Assembly (NCBI GenBank): GCA_038321985.1
Contig: JBBQFN010000039.1
Span: 1-44,558, forward strand
Source of the DNA: Cyanophyceae cyanobacterium
GTDB taxonomy: Bacteria; Cyanobacteriota; Cyanobacteriia; Cyanobacteriales; Laspinemataceae
DNA length: 44,558 nucleotides
Direction: 5' to 3'
Within the stretch, counting starts at the first letter, position 1. Every line of letters starts with the position of its first letter. The position numbers were made by a program, and so were the translations under genes. Under the pieces are notes generated by a model. That model saw only the letters and a program-made list of their open reading frames with translations. It was not told the DNA's origin and did not search any database. This document shows positions 10,562 through 19,710 of this stretch, one piece after another.

Positions 10562-10633
10562 CTGGGGCGGAAGGATTCGAACCTACGGATGCCTGGACCA
10601 AAACCAGGTGCCTTACCACTTGGCGACGCCCCA
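10562..10633 (-). tRNA. trnQ: tRNA-Gln (anticodon TTG), CCA not encoded
   Basis: Reverse complement TGGGGCGTCGCCAAGTGGTAAGGCACCTGGTTTTGGTCCAGGCATCCGTAGGTTCGAATCCTTCCGCCCCAG folds to a cloverleaf with GGTTCGAATCC T-arm. Confidence 0.97.
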
Positions 10634-10650
10634 TTTCTCTGACCTTAAAC

Positions 10651-10681
10651 ATAGTAACAGATACCTCCCCTAATTTGTCAA
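10651..10681 (-). promoter_or_regulatory. Sigma70-type promoter of tRNA-Gln
   Basis: TTGACA (10681-10676) and extended -10 TGtTACTAT (10659-10651) on the minus strand; 19-nt spacer is long. Confidence 0.55.
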
Positions 10682-10765
10682 CTGTTTTTATAAAAATTTT
10701 TTTGACGGGTTTGGAATCCGCCTCTCATGCTGAGACTGGATCCAAAAACAGTGCCCCCCCAAGCC

Positions 10766-10809
10766 CTAGGGGGAGAGGGTTTAGCGCCAGCCAAAACCCT
10801 CTGCCCCTA
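10766..10809. terminator. GC-rich hairpin at the 3' end of the histidine kinase gene
   Basis: TAGGGGGAGAGGGTTT / AAACCCTCTGCCCCTA near-perfect inverted repeat next to the stop at 10815. Confidence 0.55.
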
Positions 10810-10814
10810 AGCAC

Positions 10815-13800
10815 TTAAGCACAGCGACTGTTAATAGAGGGCTGTTTAGCCGGAATTTGAATTAAAAACTCACTACCTTGACCCGGTTCTGAGTCACATC
10901 TGAGAAAACCGCCATGTTTATCGACAACAATTTTATAACTAATCGAGAGGCCCAGTCCGGTGCCCTTGCCTACGGGTTTAGTGGTAAAGAATGGGTCAAA
11001 CAAGCGTTTTTTAACTTCCTCGCTCATCCCGGGTCCATTATCCCGAATGCGAATCGAGACTTCACTCGGAGTGCCGAGGGCATCGGTTTTAGCAATTTCG
11101 GTACTGATTTTAATAATATGAGGGGCTTCTTGGTTTTCCAAGGCGTCCATTGCATTAGTGAGAATGTTCATAAACACTTGATTAAGCTGTCCGGCGTAAC
11201 ATTCCACTTTCGGTAATTTCCCGTACTCTTTGATGATTTCTACCCCGGGGTCTTTGCCTTTGGGTTTCCAGCGGTTGTGTAAAATGAGCAGGGTGTTATC
11301 GATGCCTTCATGAATGTCCACCGGCTTCATTTCTGCCTCATCGAGACGAGAGAAGTTTCTCAAAGAGACAACAATTTGACGGATCCGGTCCGCGCCCATC
11401 TGCATCGAGGCGAGGATTTTAGGGAGATCTTCGAGTAAGAAGTCTAGATCGATATCTTCGGAGACTTCCAGAACTTCACAGACGGGATCGGGGTAGTGAG
11501 ATTGATAGACTTCAATCAGGTGCAGTAAGTCTTGGGTGTAATTGTTGGCATGAACCAGGTTGCCGGTGATAAAGTTAACCGGGTTATTGATTTCATGGGC
11601 AATGCCTGCGACCATTTGTCCGAGGCTGGACATTTTCTCGGTTTGGATTAACTGAGCTTGGGTTTGTTTAAGGTTTTGTAGCGCGACACTGAGTTGCTGG
11701 GCTTGGGTTTGGGCGGCGAGGGCGGCAGCGTGGGTTTGGGCGTAGAGTTCGGCTTGGTCGATCGCCAGGGCGAGTTGGTCTACGACGCCTTGGAGGAGTT
11801 CGATTTCGCTATCGGTCCAGGGGCGCGGTTGACTGTGGCTACAGACTACGGCACCGAGCTGACCGGAACGGGTTTCTAAGGGCAACAGGAGGACGGAGAT
11901 AATCCCCATTTCGGCGAATAGGGTGCGGGTTTTGTCGTCTAAGTCCGCTTCGGTATCGAGGCGATCGCTTCGCAAGGATTCTAAATCCTGGATTTTCTGG
12001 GTGAGTGGGCCACTGAGGGGGGCGGGGTATTCGCACAACAGGTTTTTTTGGTCGGGCGATCGCGATTCATGGGTGACGGTGAGGCTAGGCCGAAGGGGAT
12101 GAGGGAGGTACCACAAAAAATGACAGCGGTCAATTTGTAAGAGAGAGTGAATTTCGGTGACCGCTGTTTCCAGGATCGTATCCAGGTCAAGGGAGTTGCG
12201 AATCTGACTGGCAAGGCGAAAGAGTAAGCCTTCGGGACGGGAAAGCAGGGCTTCCCGGGCGCGATCGCGATCGATGGTAAGGGCTAGGGTGCTAGCCACC
12301 CAGACTAAGAGGTTTTGTACTGCCTCGTTAACCCCATTCTCAATGACTACAGCCATGACGCCACAAAGCTGTTCGTCGATAATTAACGGTTGCAGCAGAC
12401 AATCTGGGTTCAGTTCACAATTTTCTAGAGCGTCGTTTTTGTTGCGATTGCTGCGGCGAATCAAACAGCCGGTGTAAGATTTGCGAGTTTGAGCGACGGT
12501 CCCAATCTGGGTTTGTCCAAGGGCAATGCGTTCGGGGAACAGTTCTCGATCCAGGGGCATCCCCGCACTAAATCGCTGTTCCAGTTCTTTGAGGGAGGGA
12601 TTGAGGGTCCAAACGCAGGCTGAGGTTGCTTCCAAATGATCCACGATCGCCGTGATCAAGGGAGGGATCAGGGTAGCGGCAGGTCCTCCTTTGCCTATTA
12701 CTCGCCCGACTTGAGAGCTAAAGTCACAGAGGCGACTGCTATTAAAAGGAATGTCTTCCAGGTGGTTTGGGGGGGGTACGTTTTGGAAATACACGGATAA
12801 ACCTTCGGGGTTGGGGTAGGCTTGCATTTGTAAACACCGTCCCAGATAAAATGCCTCAACTGTAACCGTCCTTGCCTCACCGAGGGCGCGTCGGTACTCC
12901 TCTATCAATTTAGACTGTTTCCACTCGGGGAATTCTTGCCAAATGTTTTTGCCGACTAAAAGATCCCGGGTTTTTCCTAAAATTTCTTCACCCTCGGGGT
13001 TGATTTCGGTCAAATTCCACTGGCTATCTAGTCGGAAATAACCGGCATTGGCTATTTTTTTTTCCTCAGCGATCGCATCAGGATCGCCATAAGTCCAATT
13101 GACGGTCTTGGCATCCGGTGGTTGAGGAGCATAGGACCTGGCGTTATTCGTTTTATCCAGGACGATTCCATCTATGTACAGGAGTTCTCCTGCAGGGCCA
13201 AAATTTTGGCAAGTGGCTGGGGGAGCCTGAAAAACTAAGTCGTGCCAAGGGTTAGATAATTTTATTTTGCCCACGGGTGGAATCGTCAGGCTCTTGGCAT
13301 CTGAGGGAGATTTTAGAGTACCCTGAACGTTATCATCGAGAACGCTAGTCGCCGGAATTCGCGGAGTCTGAGCCGAGGACGTTTCAGAGTGGGCCATCAG
13401 GTCGGGTCCCGCAAACCCTTCTCCAATGAGTTCCCCCGTCTCTGGCGCAAATGAAGGAGTTAGTTCTGGGGAGTTCCCGCAAAAGTGGCCCAATGCCTTT
13501 AAGCGGGCTATCTGTTCAGGACTCAATTCTTGCGGGACTCTTCCCATTACCCACAGGGTCCCTAGGTTCTCCTCACCATAACCGGCGATCGGAACCCCCG
13601 CATAAAACCGAATTTTTGGTTCCTGCTGGACTCCACTCAAATGGGCTAATCCCTCATTCAATTCAGTATCAGCAACGATAAACAGCTTTTCTCGTGAACT
13701 AGCTGCTTCTGCTTGGGCGACCTGGCACAGTTGCAGCAGTTCCCGAATCACCTCCGATGAACAACCCACCATTCCTCTCAATACGGATTGATTTCCCCGG

Positions 13801-13949
13801 CTCACACAGATTCCGGCTAGGGGAGTCTGGCAAATCTGAGCGGCTAATCGGGTTATCTCCTCCCAGGTAGGGTTGGGTGCATAGTTAAGTTGCAATTGAT
13901 CCCTAGGGTTATTTTTGCTCTGTTCTTGACTCGGCACTGGTCCTTTCAT
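10815..13949 (-). CDS. GAF-PAS-GAF-GAF sensor histidine kinase (NtrB-like core)
   Basis: N-terminal GAF (IRFYAGVPI), PAS (LVGKNIWQEFP), GAFs (IRNSLDLDTILETAV, RPWTDSEIELL), H-box AGIAHEINNPVNFI, FFTTKPVGKGTGLGL. Confidence 0.93.
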   Translation of the reverse strand: MKGPVPSQEQSKNNPRDQLQLNYAPNPTWEEITRLAAQICQTPLAGICVSRGNQSVLRGMVGCSSEVIRELLQLCQVAQAEAASSREKLFIVADTELNEGLAHLSGVQQEPKIRFYAGVPIAGYGEENLGTLWVMGRVPQELSPEQIARLKALGHFCGNSPELTPSFAPETGELIGEGFAGPDLMAHSETSSAQTPRIPATSVLDDNVQGTLKSPSDAKSLTIPPVGKIKLSNPWHDLVFQAPPATCQNFGPAGELLYIDGIVLDKTNNARSYAPQPPDAKTVNWTYGDPDAIAEEKKIANAGYFRLDSQWNLTEINPEGEEILGKTRDLLVGKNIWQEFPEWKQSKLIEEYRRALGEARTVTVEAFYLGRCLQMQAYPNPEGLSVYFQNVPPPNHLEDIPFNSSRLCDFSSQVGRVIGKGGPAATLIPPLITAIVDHLEATSACVWTLNPSLKELEQRFSAGMPLDRELFPERIALGQTQIGTVAQTRKSYTGCLIRRSNRNKNDALENCELNPDCLLQPLIIDEQLCGVMAVVIENGVNEAVQNLLVWVASTLALTIDRDRAREALLSRPEGLLFRLASQIRNSLDLDTILETAVTEIHSLLQIDRCHFLWYLPHPLRPSLTVTHESRSPDQKNLLCEYPAPLSGPLTQKIQDLESLRSDRLDTEADLDDKTRTLFAEMGIISVLLLPLETRSGQLGAVVCSHSQPRPWTDSEIELLQGVVDQLALAIDQAELYAQTHAAALAAQTQAQQLSVALQNLKQTQAQLIQTEKMSSLGQMVAGIAHEINNPVNFITGNLVHANNYTQDLLHLIEVYQSHYPDPVCEVLEVSEDIDLDFLLEDLPKILASMQMGADRIRQIVVSLRNFSRLDEAEMKPVDIHEGIDNTLLILHNRWKPKGKDPGVEIIKEYGKLPKVECYAGQLNQVFMNILTNAMDALENQEAPHIIKISTEIAKTDALGTPSEVSIRIRDNGPGMSEEVKKRLFDPFFTTKPVGKGTGLGLSISYKIVVDKHGGFLRCDSEPGQGSEFLIQIPAKQPSINSRCA

Positions 13950-15126
13950 CTAAAGGTGCCTCTTTCCAAAGTAGAAACGGCCAGTCTTTTTGACTGGACT
14001 TTAGTTTTTGATCATGGATTTGATTGCCCCCTACTGAGTTAATTCTAGGGTGAATCACCCCCACTCGATACGGGGAAATTGCGGATAGAGGTATAAAAAT
14101 TTTTAACGCGCTTTCTCCAGCCACCCTTATAAACTTTAGCTGAGGTCTTTTCTTGATCTCAATTCTATAGCGAACCGTTTTATTCCATTTTTTATCCTGT
14201 CCTAGAATCTAGTATGTCTTTTTTATTTCTTTTTCTAACCTGTTTTAATAAAAATTAACTTTGGGTAAAAGTATGAGGGGCAGAGTAAAGGATTGAACCA
14301 CCGGACTGATGGGGTGCAGAGGCTAGAGCAACTTTCTTTAAAAAAAAAAGCCCATTTCAAAAGATTTCAGGATATCCCGAAATTTTCTTGATGTCTCGAA
14401 ATCCTAACGAATAAAGCGGGAACCCCTCCCCGGGAGAGCGCCCCCACTGAGGTCACTCTGTCTGCTCAACTTCAAAGCGTCTTTTCAAACTGGGGTAGAT
14501 CACAAATTAAGGCTTCCCCCTTCCAGAAATTACCCAAAAACCCCCTCACCCCTCTTGTTCTGATTATCCCCAGGAATTTTTACCCCATTCCGGGGATTTT
14601 TTAGCTGAATCTATCTTATTGTAAAGAACCTGTAGAGCAAAAAACAGTTCAAGTAAGGGAATGAACCACTATTTTCTTTAAATTATTTTAGGGTTTCACA
14701 ACCCCGGGGCGAGAGGGATCAACACATTTCTAATAAACTTGTTAATCTCTTCATAAACTCTCCTGCAATTATCACAGTTTTCTGATATCGGAGAAGGGGA
14801 TCAGGACTTAGGCACTGAACGAATCGGTAGGACCGGGGCAACTTCAGCCAGTTTCCTTTAAAGGAGTGCATCAGCCCAGATTTTTGCTCTAAAAAATAGC
14901 AGGCAGACTCGCTATAAAAATATGGCTTTTACTAGACTCCATCGGCGATCGGCCTCTGTCCCACAGAGGGTCGCCAAGGGTCTTTCGCAAACAGTTGCAT
15001 GGGGTTTACAACCCTCCAAAATAAGGGTGGGACCAGTTTCAAACTGTGACTGAATGTAACTTTTGGATTAAGTTTTATAAATTTTGGGGCTAAGATTCCC
15101 TTAAATAGGCCCCTTTTTTATAAAAA

Positions 15127-15168
15127 GTATTAAAATATACTTAAAAAACTCAGAAAGTGTTCTATAAA
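15127..15168 (+). promoter_or_regulatory. Possible NtcA box with a -10-like hexamer at class II spacing
   Basis: GTA-ttaaaata-TAC (15127-15140), then 22 nt, then TATAAA (15163-68); AT-rich context makes a chance match possible. Confidence 0.3.
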
Positions 15169-15606
15169 ACAAAAGATCCTTAAAATATCGGGTACAAAGG
15201 AGAAAGGTATCTAATTCAGGTTGTCCAAGAGGTAGGCCCCGTTAAGACTTTTTCAAAATTCCAGAATCACGGGTCCGTTTAAGTTTTAAGGGATGCTGAG
15301 GGAACGAAGAAAGGAAGAGGTTGTCCCTACATTGAGGCCCCGAAGAGTCACCCAGGAGAACTTGAAAAATGCAAACGAATATCCAGGAAACCCAGTTTTT
15401 ACTAATCCCCTCTCTAGAGAATTTACGGATGCCCAATGATAAATCCCTAAGTTAACATATCTAAACGAAGAATCCTTAGATGCTGCACCGATTCCACTAC
15501 TGGGATCTGGCACACCTAGTTAGAAAATTGTTCAAGGTAAAGCCTAAAGCCCCGGGCCAAAAAGTGGAATCGTGCCAAAAGATTAAGTAGAGGAAATTAT
15601 TAAATT

Positions 15607-17115
15607 ATGTTAACTACACCTCAATCGGATTGTATAGAACAAGCAGAACTAGAAGAACTCCAGCAACAACTAGGAGCGAGTGACATCCGCTTTCGGAATG
15701 TGATCGATAAATTAGCAGATGGCATTATCATCGTTGATCGCAACGGATTGGTGTGCTTTATTAATCGAGCTGCGGAATGTTTATTGAAATGCCCAGCCTA
15801 TGAACTGCTTGGGAAAGAAGTATTTGGAACCCGAGTATTTGAGATCCAGGGGGGTCAAATCGGGACTGAAATTATTCAGCGGGTGGGGGATAGCGATCGC
15901 GACAGCACTCGGGTGGTGCAAACCCAAGTGGAGATTTTGCGGAAAGGACAAGAAGATGCGATCGCTGAAATGCGGATTGTGGAAACGGAATGGGAAGGGC
16001 AAAAAGCTCTAATGGCGTCCCTGCGAGATATCACGTCTCGGGTGCGTGCCCTAGAAGCGTTGCAAAAATCTGAGTCACAACTTAGAGAACAAACCCAACA
16101 ACTTGAGCGGACCCTGCAACAACTCAAACACACTCAATCCCAATTGATTCAAACGGAAAAAATGTCAAGTTTGGGTCAAATGGTGGCCGGGGTGGCGCAT
16201 GAAATTAACAACCCGGTTAACTTTATTTATGGAAATATTGATCATGCTAGTTGTTACATCCAAGATTTAATGGGTTTGATGGCACTCTACGAGCAGCACT
16301 ATCCGACGCCGGTAGAAGAGATTACCCAGTACGCTACCGAAATTGATCTAGAATTTTTGAGTCAAGACCTCCCCAAACTGCTCTCGTCGATGAAGCTGGG
16401 AACCGATCGCATTCGTGAAATTGTCATGAGCTTACGGAACTTCTCGCGCTTGGATGAAGCTCAAATGAAGCGGGTGAATATCCATGAAGGGATTGATAGT
16501 ACCCTGCTGATTCTGCAAAATCGCCTCAAAGCCCGATCTAGCTTTCCGGGGATTAAGCTGGTTAAACAGTACGGAGACTTGGAACAGATTGAATGCTATG
16601 CAGGCCAACTCAACCAAGTTTTTATGAATATTATTAGCAATTCCATTGATGCGATCGAAGAAAGTTCTAAGTTTTTAGTATTGCATTCTGAGTTATCAGA
16701 ATCTACAGCAGAAGGATCGGCGGTTGGGGGTAAAATTGCTCCTGAAATTCGGATTGCTACGGAACTGGTAGAAAAGAGTTCCGCCAATGGCGACTGCGAT
16801 GAAAGCCGTCTCCTGATTAAGATTTCTGATAACGGTCCGGGAATGAGTGAGGAAGTGCGGCAACGATTATTTGATCCGTTCTTTACCACAAAACCCGTAG
16901 GGAAAGGGACAGGTTTAGGTTTGTCCATTTCCTATCACATTATAGTAGAAAAACATGGCGGCCAATTGCAATGTATTTCTACTCCGGACGAAGGTACGGA
17001 GTTTATCATTGAAATTCCAATTCAGCAACAAAAACGACAGTCTTCTGAAACCCACGCCAATCGCTCGGATTTAAGACCTCAGACCCGGTTCCAATCTCAT
17101 CTCAAAGCTTGCTAA
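15607..17115 (+). CDS. PAS sensor histidine kinase (NtrB-like core)
   Basis: PAS (LADGIIIVDRNG, LRDIT), H-box AGVAHEINNPVNFI, DNGPGM, GKGTGLGL; RBS GAGG upstream. Confidence 0.93.
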   Translation: MLTTPQSDCIEQAELEELQQQLGASDIRFRNVIDKLADGIIIVDRNGLVCFINRAAECLLKCPAYELLGKEVFGTRVFEIQGGQIGTEIIQRVGDSDRDSTRVVQTQVEILRKGQEDAIAEMRIVETEWEGQKALMASLRDITSRVRALEALQKSESQLREQTQQLERTLQQLKHTQSQLIQTEKMSSLGQMVAGVAHEINNPVNFIYGNIDHASCYIQDLMGLMALYEQHYPTPVEEITQYATEIDLEFLSQDLPKLLSSMKLGTDRIREIVMSLRNFSRLDEAQMKRVNIHEGIDSTLLILQNRLKARSSFPGIKLVKQYGDLEQIECYAGQLNQVFMNIISNSIDAIEESSKFLVLHSELSESTAEGSAVGGKIAPEIRIATELVEKSSANGDCDESRLLIKISDNGPGMSEEVRQRLFDPFFTTKPVGKGTGLGLSISYHIIVEKHGGQLQCISTPDEGTEFIIEIPIQQQKRQSSETHANRSDLRPQTRFQSHLKAC

Positions 17116-17652
17116 ATTTTCGTAGTTTATGAAGCAAGTTTTTGTAAAATTCAGGATGTCCGGGGGACGCTTTCTTCACTTGAAACCGTCCCTAATGTGC
17201 GTAACGATGGGGTATCTTGAAGGGGAAAAGTTCAAGCGTCTTAATGCCTTGAGCAGCGCTACCGGGTGCCGAGTTAAATCTTATCAACGGTGAGCCGATT
17301 TTTTTTTGAGGGGGAGAAATTCCCCGGACAAAAAAAGCCTTTCCTGAATTAATTTTCTAGGTGCGGATTTGAGCCAGCCCGGTTACCCACTTTAATTCAG
17401 TTACTTGAAAATTAAAGTAAAATTGGGATGAATCACTCGGGGAATTTACTTAGAAACACTATAACAGATTTTTTCATAAAAATTTAAATTTCGTAAAAAA
17501 AATTGATAAAAATTTAACCCAGGCACCAGCTAGGTCAAAGGGAATGTAAATAAACGGGGCATTAAAGTCAGCGATCGCACTCCCTAGGAGCTTTCGGGGG
17601 AATACCCAGTTAGGGTGAAACTCAGGGAATCACATCGGCGATCGCCTGCGGA

Positions 17653-17898
17653 TTAATTAGCTTTATTTAATCGATTGGAAATCCAACTGGTCAATCCACT
17701 CAACAGAGCACCCGCCATTAAAATCCCAATGGCTGGATTAAATACGGGTTGCCAGAGTTGATGCCAGACATCTAAGCCGAGATTAATGCCGGTGGAACGT
17801 CCCACGACGGCGATCGCAAACCAAACAAAGCTCAAAAATACGAAAAATACGTCGGCCACTAAAAACAGGTTCAGCCAATTTAATAATTTCTCTTTCAT
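17653..17898 (-). CDS. Small two-TM hypothetical membrane protein
   Basis: 81-aa ATG ORF with two hydrophobic segments flanking LDVWHQLWQPVFNPAIGILM; GAGG upstream. Confidence 0.8.
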   Translation of the reverse strand: MKEKLLNWLNLFLVADVFFVFLSFVWFAIAVVGRSTGINLGLDVWHQLWQPVFNPAIGILMAGALLSGLTSWISNRLNKAN

Positions 17899-18025
17899 AC
17901 TCGATTGCCAGTCCTCATCATTAAAAAAAACAACCCCATTTCGGCGATCGCCAGGGTGATGCTAACCTACCACGGCTAGGCTATCATGAGTTCGGCCTGA
18001 TGCGTATAAAAAGGCCGTCTCCCGC

Positions 18026-18346
18026 TTAAATGCGTCCCAGTAGAGGAATGACCCGGGGGGAATGAATGATCGCCCAGACATTGACGCTCAGACACAGACT
18101 GGCTAAAGCGAGTAAGATATAGGTCGGAGCCATAACGACCCCGATCAGGAACCAGGTTAAAACGTGCAAGACCATCACCGTTGCATAACAACTTGCGATC
18201 GCAGCCATGACCCGAATTTGAAGTTTCGGGGTTCCGAGTCCCATAAAAATCAGAGTTTGCAGGGTGGCTAGCAAGTTAGCGGGAACCAAAAATGCGCACA
18301 GACCAATACAATGCGTTCGAGAAAATTCGCAAATGAGATCAAACAT
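18026..18346 (-). CDS. Hypothetical membrane protein
   Basis: 106 aa, three hydrophobic segments, CAFLVPANLLAT and HVLTWFLIGVVMAPTYIL. Confidence 0.78.
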   Translation of the reverse strand: MFDLICEFSRTHCIGLCAFLVPANLLATLQTLIFMGLGTPKLQIRVMAAIASCYATVMVLHVLTWFLIGVVMAPTYILLALASLCLSVNVWAIIHSPRVIPLLGRI

Positions 18347-18512
18347 TATAAACTTATGAAAACGATTTGTGCTAAGTCAATTTAAAAAATTGTCTTTAAT
18401 TTACTTTAACAGATTTACTTGGATGTTGGGTGAATGATAGAGAAATTTTATCAAAACCCGAGTTAAGGTTAAAATAAGAAGTTGTAAATTTTAATAAAGG
18501 ATAGCGCACCCA

Positions 18513-18623
18513 ATGGAAAATGCAGAAGAGATTTTTAATGTAGTGGCCGGACTGCTGGCGATCGGAATTTTTGTCGGAGGTATGCTGATGATGTTTACCA
18601 CAGTCTGGACCAGTAAGCGATAA
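18513..18623 (+). CDS. 36-aa single-TM microprotein MENAEEIFNVVAGLLAIGIFVGGMLMMFTTVWTSKR (not in ORF track)
   Basis: AAAGGA RBS at 18496-18501, ATG 18513, TAA 18621-23, one hydrophobic helix with basic C-terminus, downstream hairpin. Confidence 0.7.
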   Translation: MENAEEIFNVVAGLLAIGIFVGGMLMMFTTVWTSKR

Positions 18624-18647
18624 AAAAGAAACCCCAAAAAACTGCAA

Positions 18648-18679
18648 GGGAGTAGAAGTGAGATTGCTGCTCTACTCCC
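18648..18679 (+). terminator. Hairpin after the microprotein ORF
   Basis: GGGAGTAGA / TCTACTCCC 9-bp inverted repeat. Confidence 0.5.
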
Positions 18680-18850
18680 GTTAATCAGATTGTTTTGAGG
18701 CAGAAACAGGAGGAGATTTGAGCCAAAGTTCCGGCGATCAAGTTGCGGTAGCACTAAAAATTAAGAGGCCAAAATACCTGGATTAGTGCGACATTGGGGG
18801 ACAACATTGGCTATGATAGAGTTAAAAAACCCTTAGTGGTTTGTCGCTCA

Positions 18851-19411
18851 ATGCAAAAGATGCACGTAGTCAATCAACTGATGAGAGCCGGAATACTCTC
18901 CCTGGCGATCGCGCCTTGGATCCAACCCGTTGTCAAAGCTCGCGAACCCGTTCCCCAGTTTTTATTTGACGGGCAATGTGTCACCACTGGACCCGGGCGA
19001 TCGCATCAAGAAACCTTAGATATATCTGTTGGCAGAAAGGTCTATCGTTCTTATTTCTTTTTAGGTCCAGGAAGCCGGGAAGTCTCAGTAACCTGTCGAA
19101 TTCTGCCAGAAGAGGGTAAATTTGAATCTCTCCTATTAGAATTTGGAATGCGCGACAATGACCGAGGCAGTCCTCCCAATGCCGTTAATATTTATTTAGA
19201 TGGAGTGCGGGAGGTGTCACATACCCTTAGCCCGGGTGATCAAGTCTCTTTATCCCTAAATCTAACGAATGTTAGCCATATCGCGATTGAAACAGTTTGC
19301 TCTACTCAGAATCGATATTGCGATCGGGTGTACTTTTTTGAATCGACTCTTTTACCTCTGATGAATTTAGCGCCTGTGGAGTCTAACTCTGAATCTCCCA
19401 ATCAAATTTAA
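18851..19411 (+). CDS. Hypothetical exported beta-rich protein (possibly NPCBM/galactose-binding-like)
   Basis: Signal-like N-terminus, beta-strand pattern (EFGMRD, VNIYLDG, LSLNLTNVSHIAIE), four Cys; alternative start 18794. Confidence 0.65.
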   Translation: MQKMHVVNQLMRAGILSLAIAPWIQPVVKAREPVPQFLFDGQCVTTGPGRSHQETLDISVGRKVYRSYFFLGPGSREVSVTCRILPEEGKFESLLLEFGMRDNDRGSPPNAVNIYLDGVREVSHTLSPGDQVSLSLNLTNVSHIAIETVCSTQNRYCDRVYFFESTLLPLMNLAPVESNSESPNQI

Positions 19412-19560
19412 TTGATTCTGCTTAGGTAACAGTTAACTTCAATAAAATTGCTAGTAGGGGAGCCCAGAACTACCCTACTTTTTTAGGTTTAATTTTTTGG
19501 GTTTTTGTCATTAACCTGGATATTTTGAGGGGTAGACTTATCTTCAAACGGTTTAGTAAG

Positions 19561-19680
19561 AACCCCCCCTAATCTTCCCCAAGAAACAGGGGAAGGGACT
19601 AGATTTTAGCATTGTTTTTGACCCAGAGAAACAGAGGAGGATAGAACCCTCCCCAAGACATCGGGGAGGGTTGGGTGGCT
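19561..19680. repeat. Cluster of GC-rich short palindromic repeats of cyanobacterial intergenic type
   Basis: CTTCCCC-aagaaaca-GGGGAAG and AACCCTCCCC-aagacatc-GGGGAGGGTT hairpins with similar loops. Confidence 0.5.
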
Positions 19681-19710
19681 CTCCCTGGGGAGCAGACTTG
19701 TCCAAAATTT

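Noticed and set aside
10562..10633. tRNA-Gln or tmRNA as an occupied integration site
   Set aside because: No integrase or duplicated 3' end seen; the tmRNA 3' end lies outside the window.
10552..10818. 88-aa plus-strand ORF
   Set aside because: Antisense shadow of tRNA-Gln.
11730..12730. Cyanobacteriochrome GAF photoreceptor
   Set aside because: The bilin-binding Asp motif and the conserved CH cysteine are not evident.
14827..14879. Hammerhead-like motif on the minus strand (CUGAUG..GAAAC..GUC)
   Set aside because: Core reads CUGAUGC instead of CUGAUGA, stem II does not close properly and stem I is only 2 bp.
14900..15000. c-di-GMP-I riboswitch on the minus strand
   Set aside because: Only fragments (GAAAG, GGGAC) match; GGCAAA and GACGCAAAG are missing and a simple hairpin explains the pairing.
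15242..15513. Short minus-strand ORFs in the large intergenic gap
   Set aside because: No RBS, motif or convincing composition.
18396..18754. Two minus-strand ORFs (83 and 87 aa)
   Set aside because: No coding features; the plus-strand 36-aa ORF has the RBS, TM helix and hairpin.
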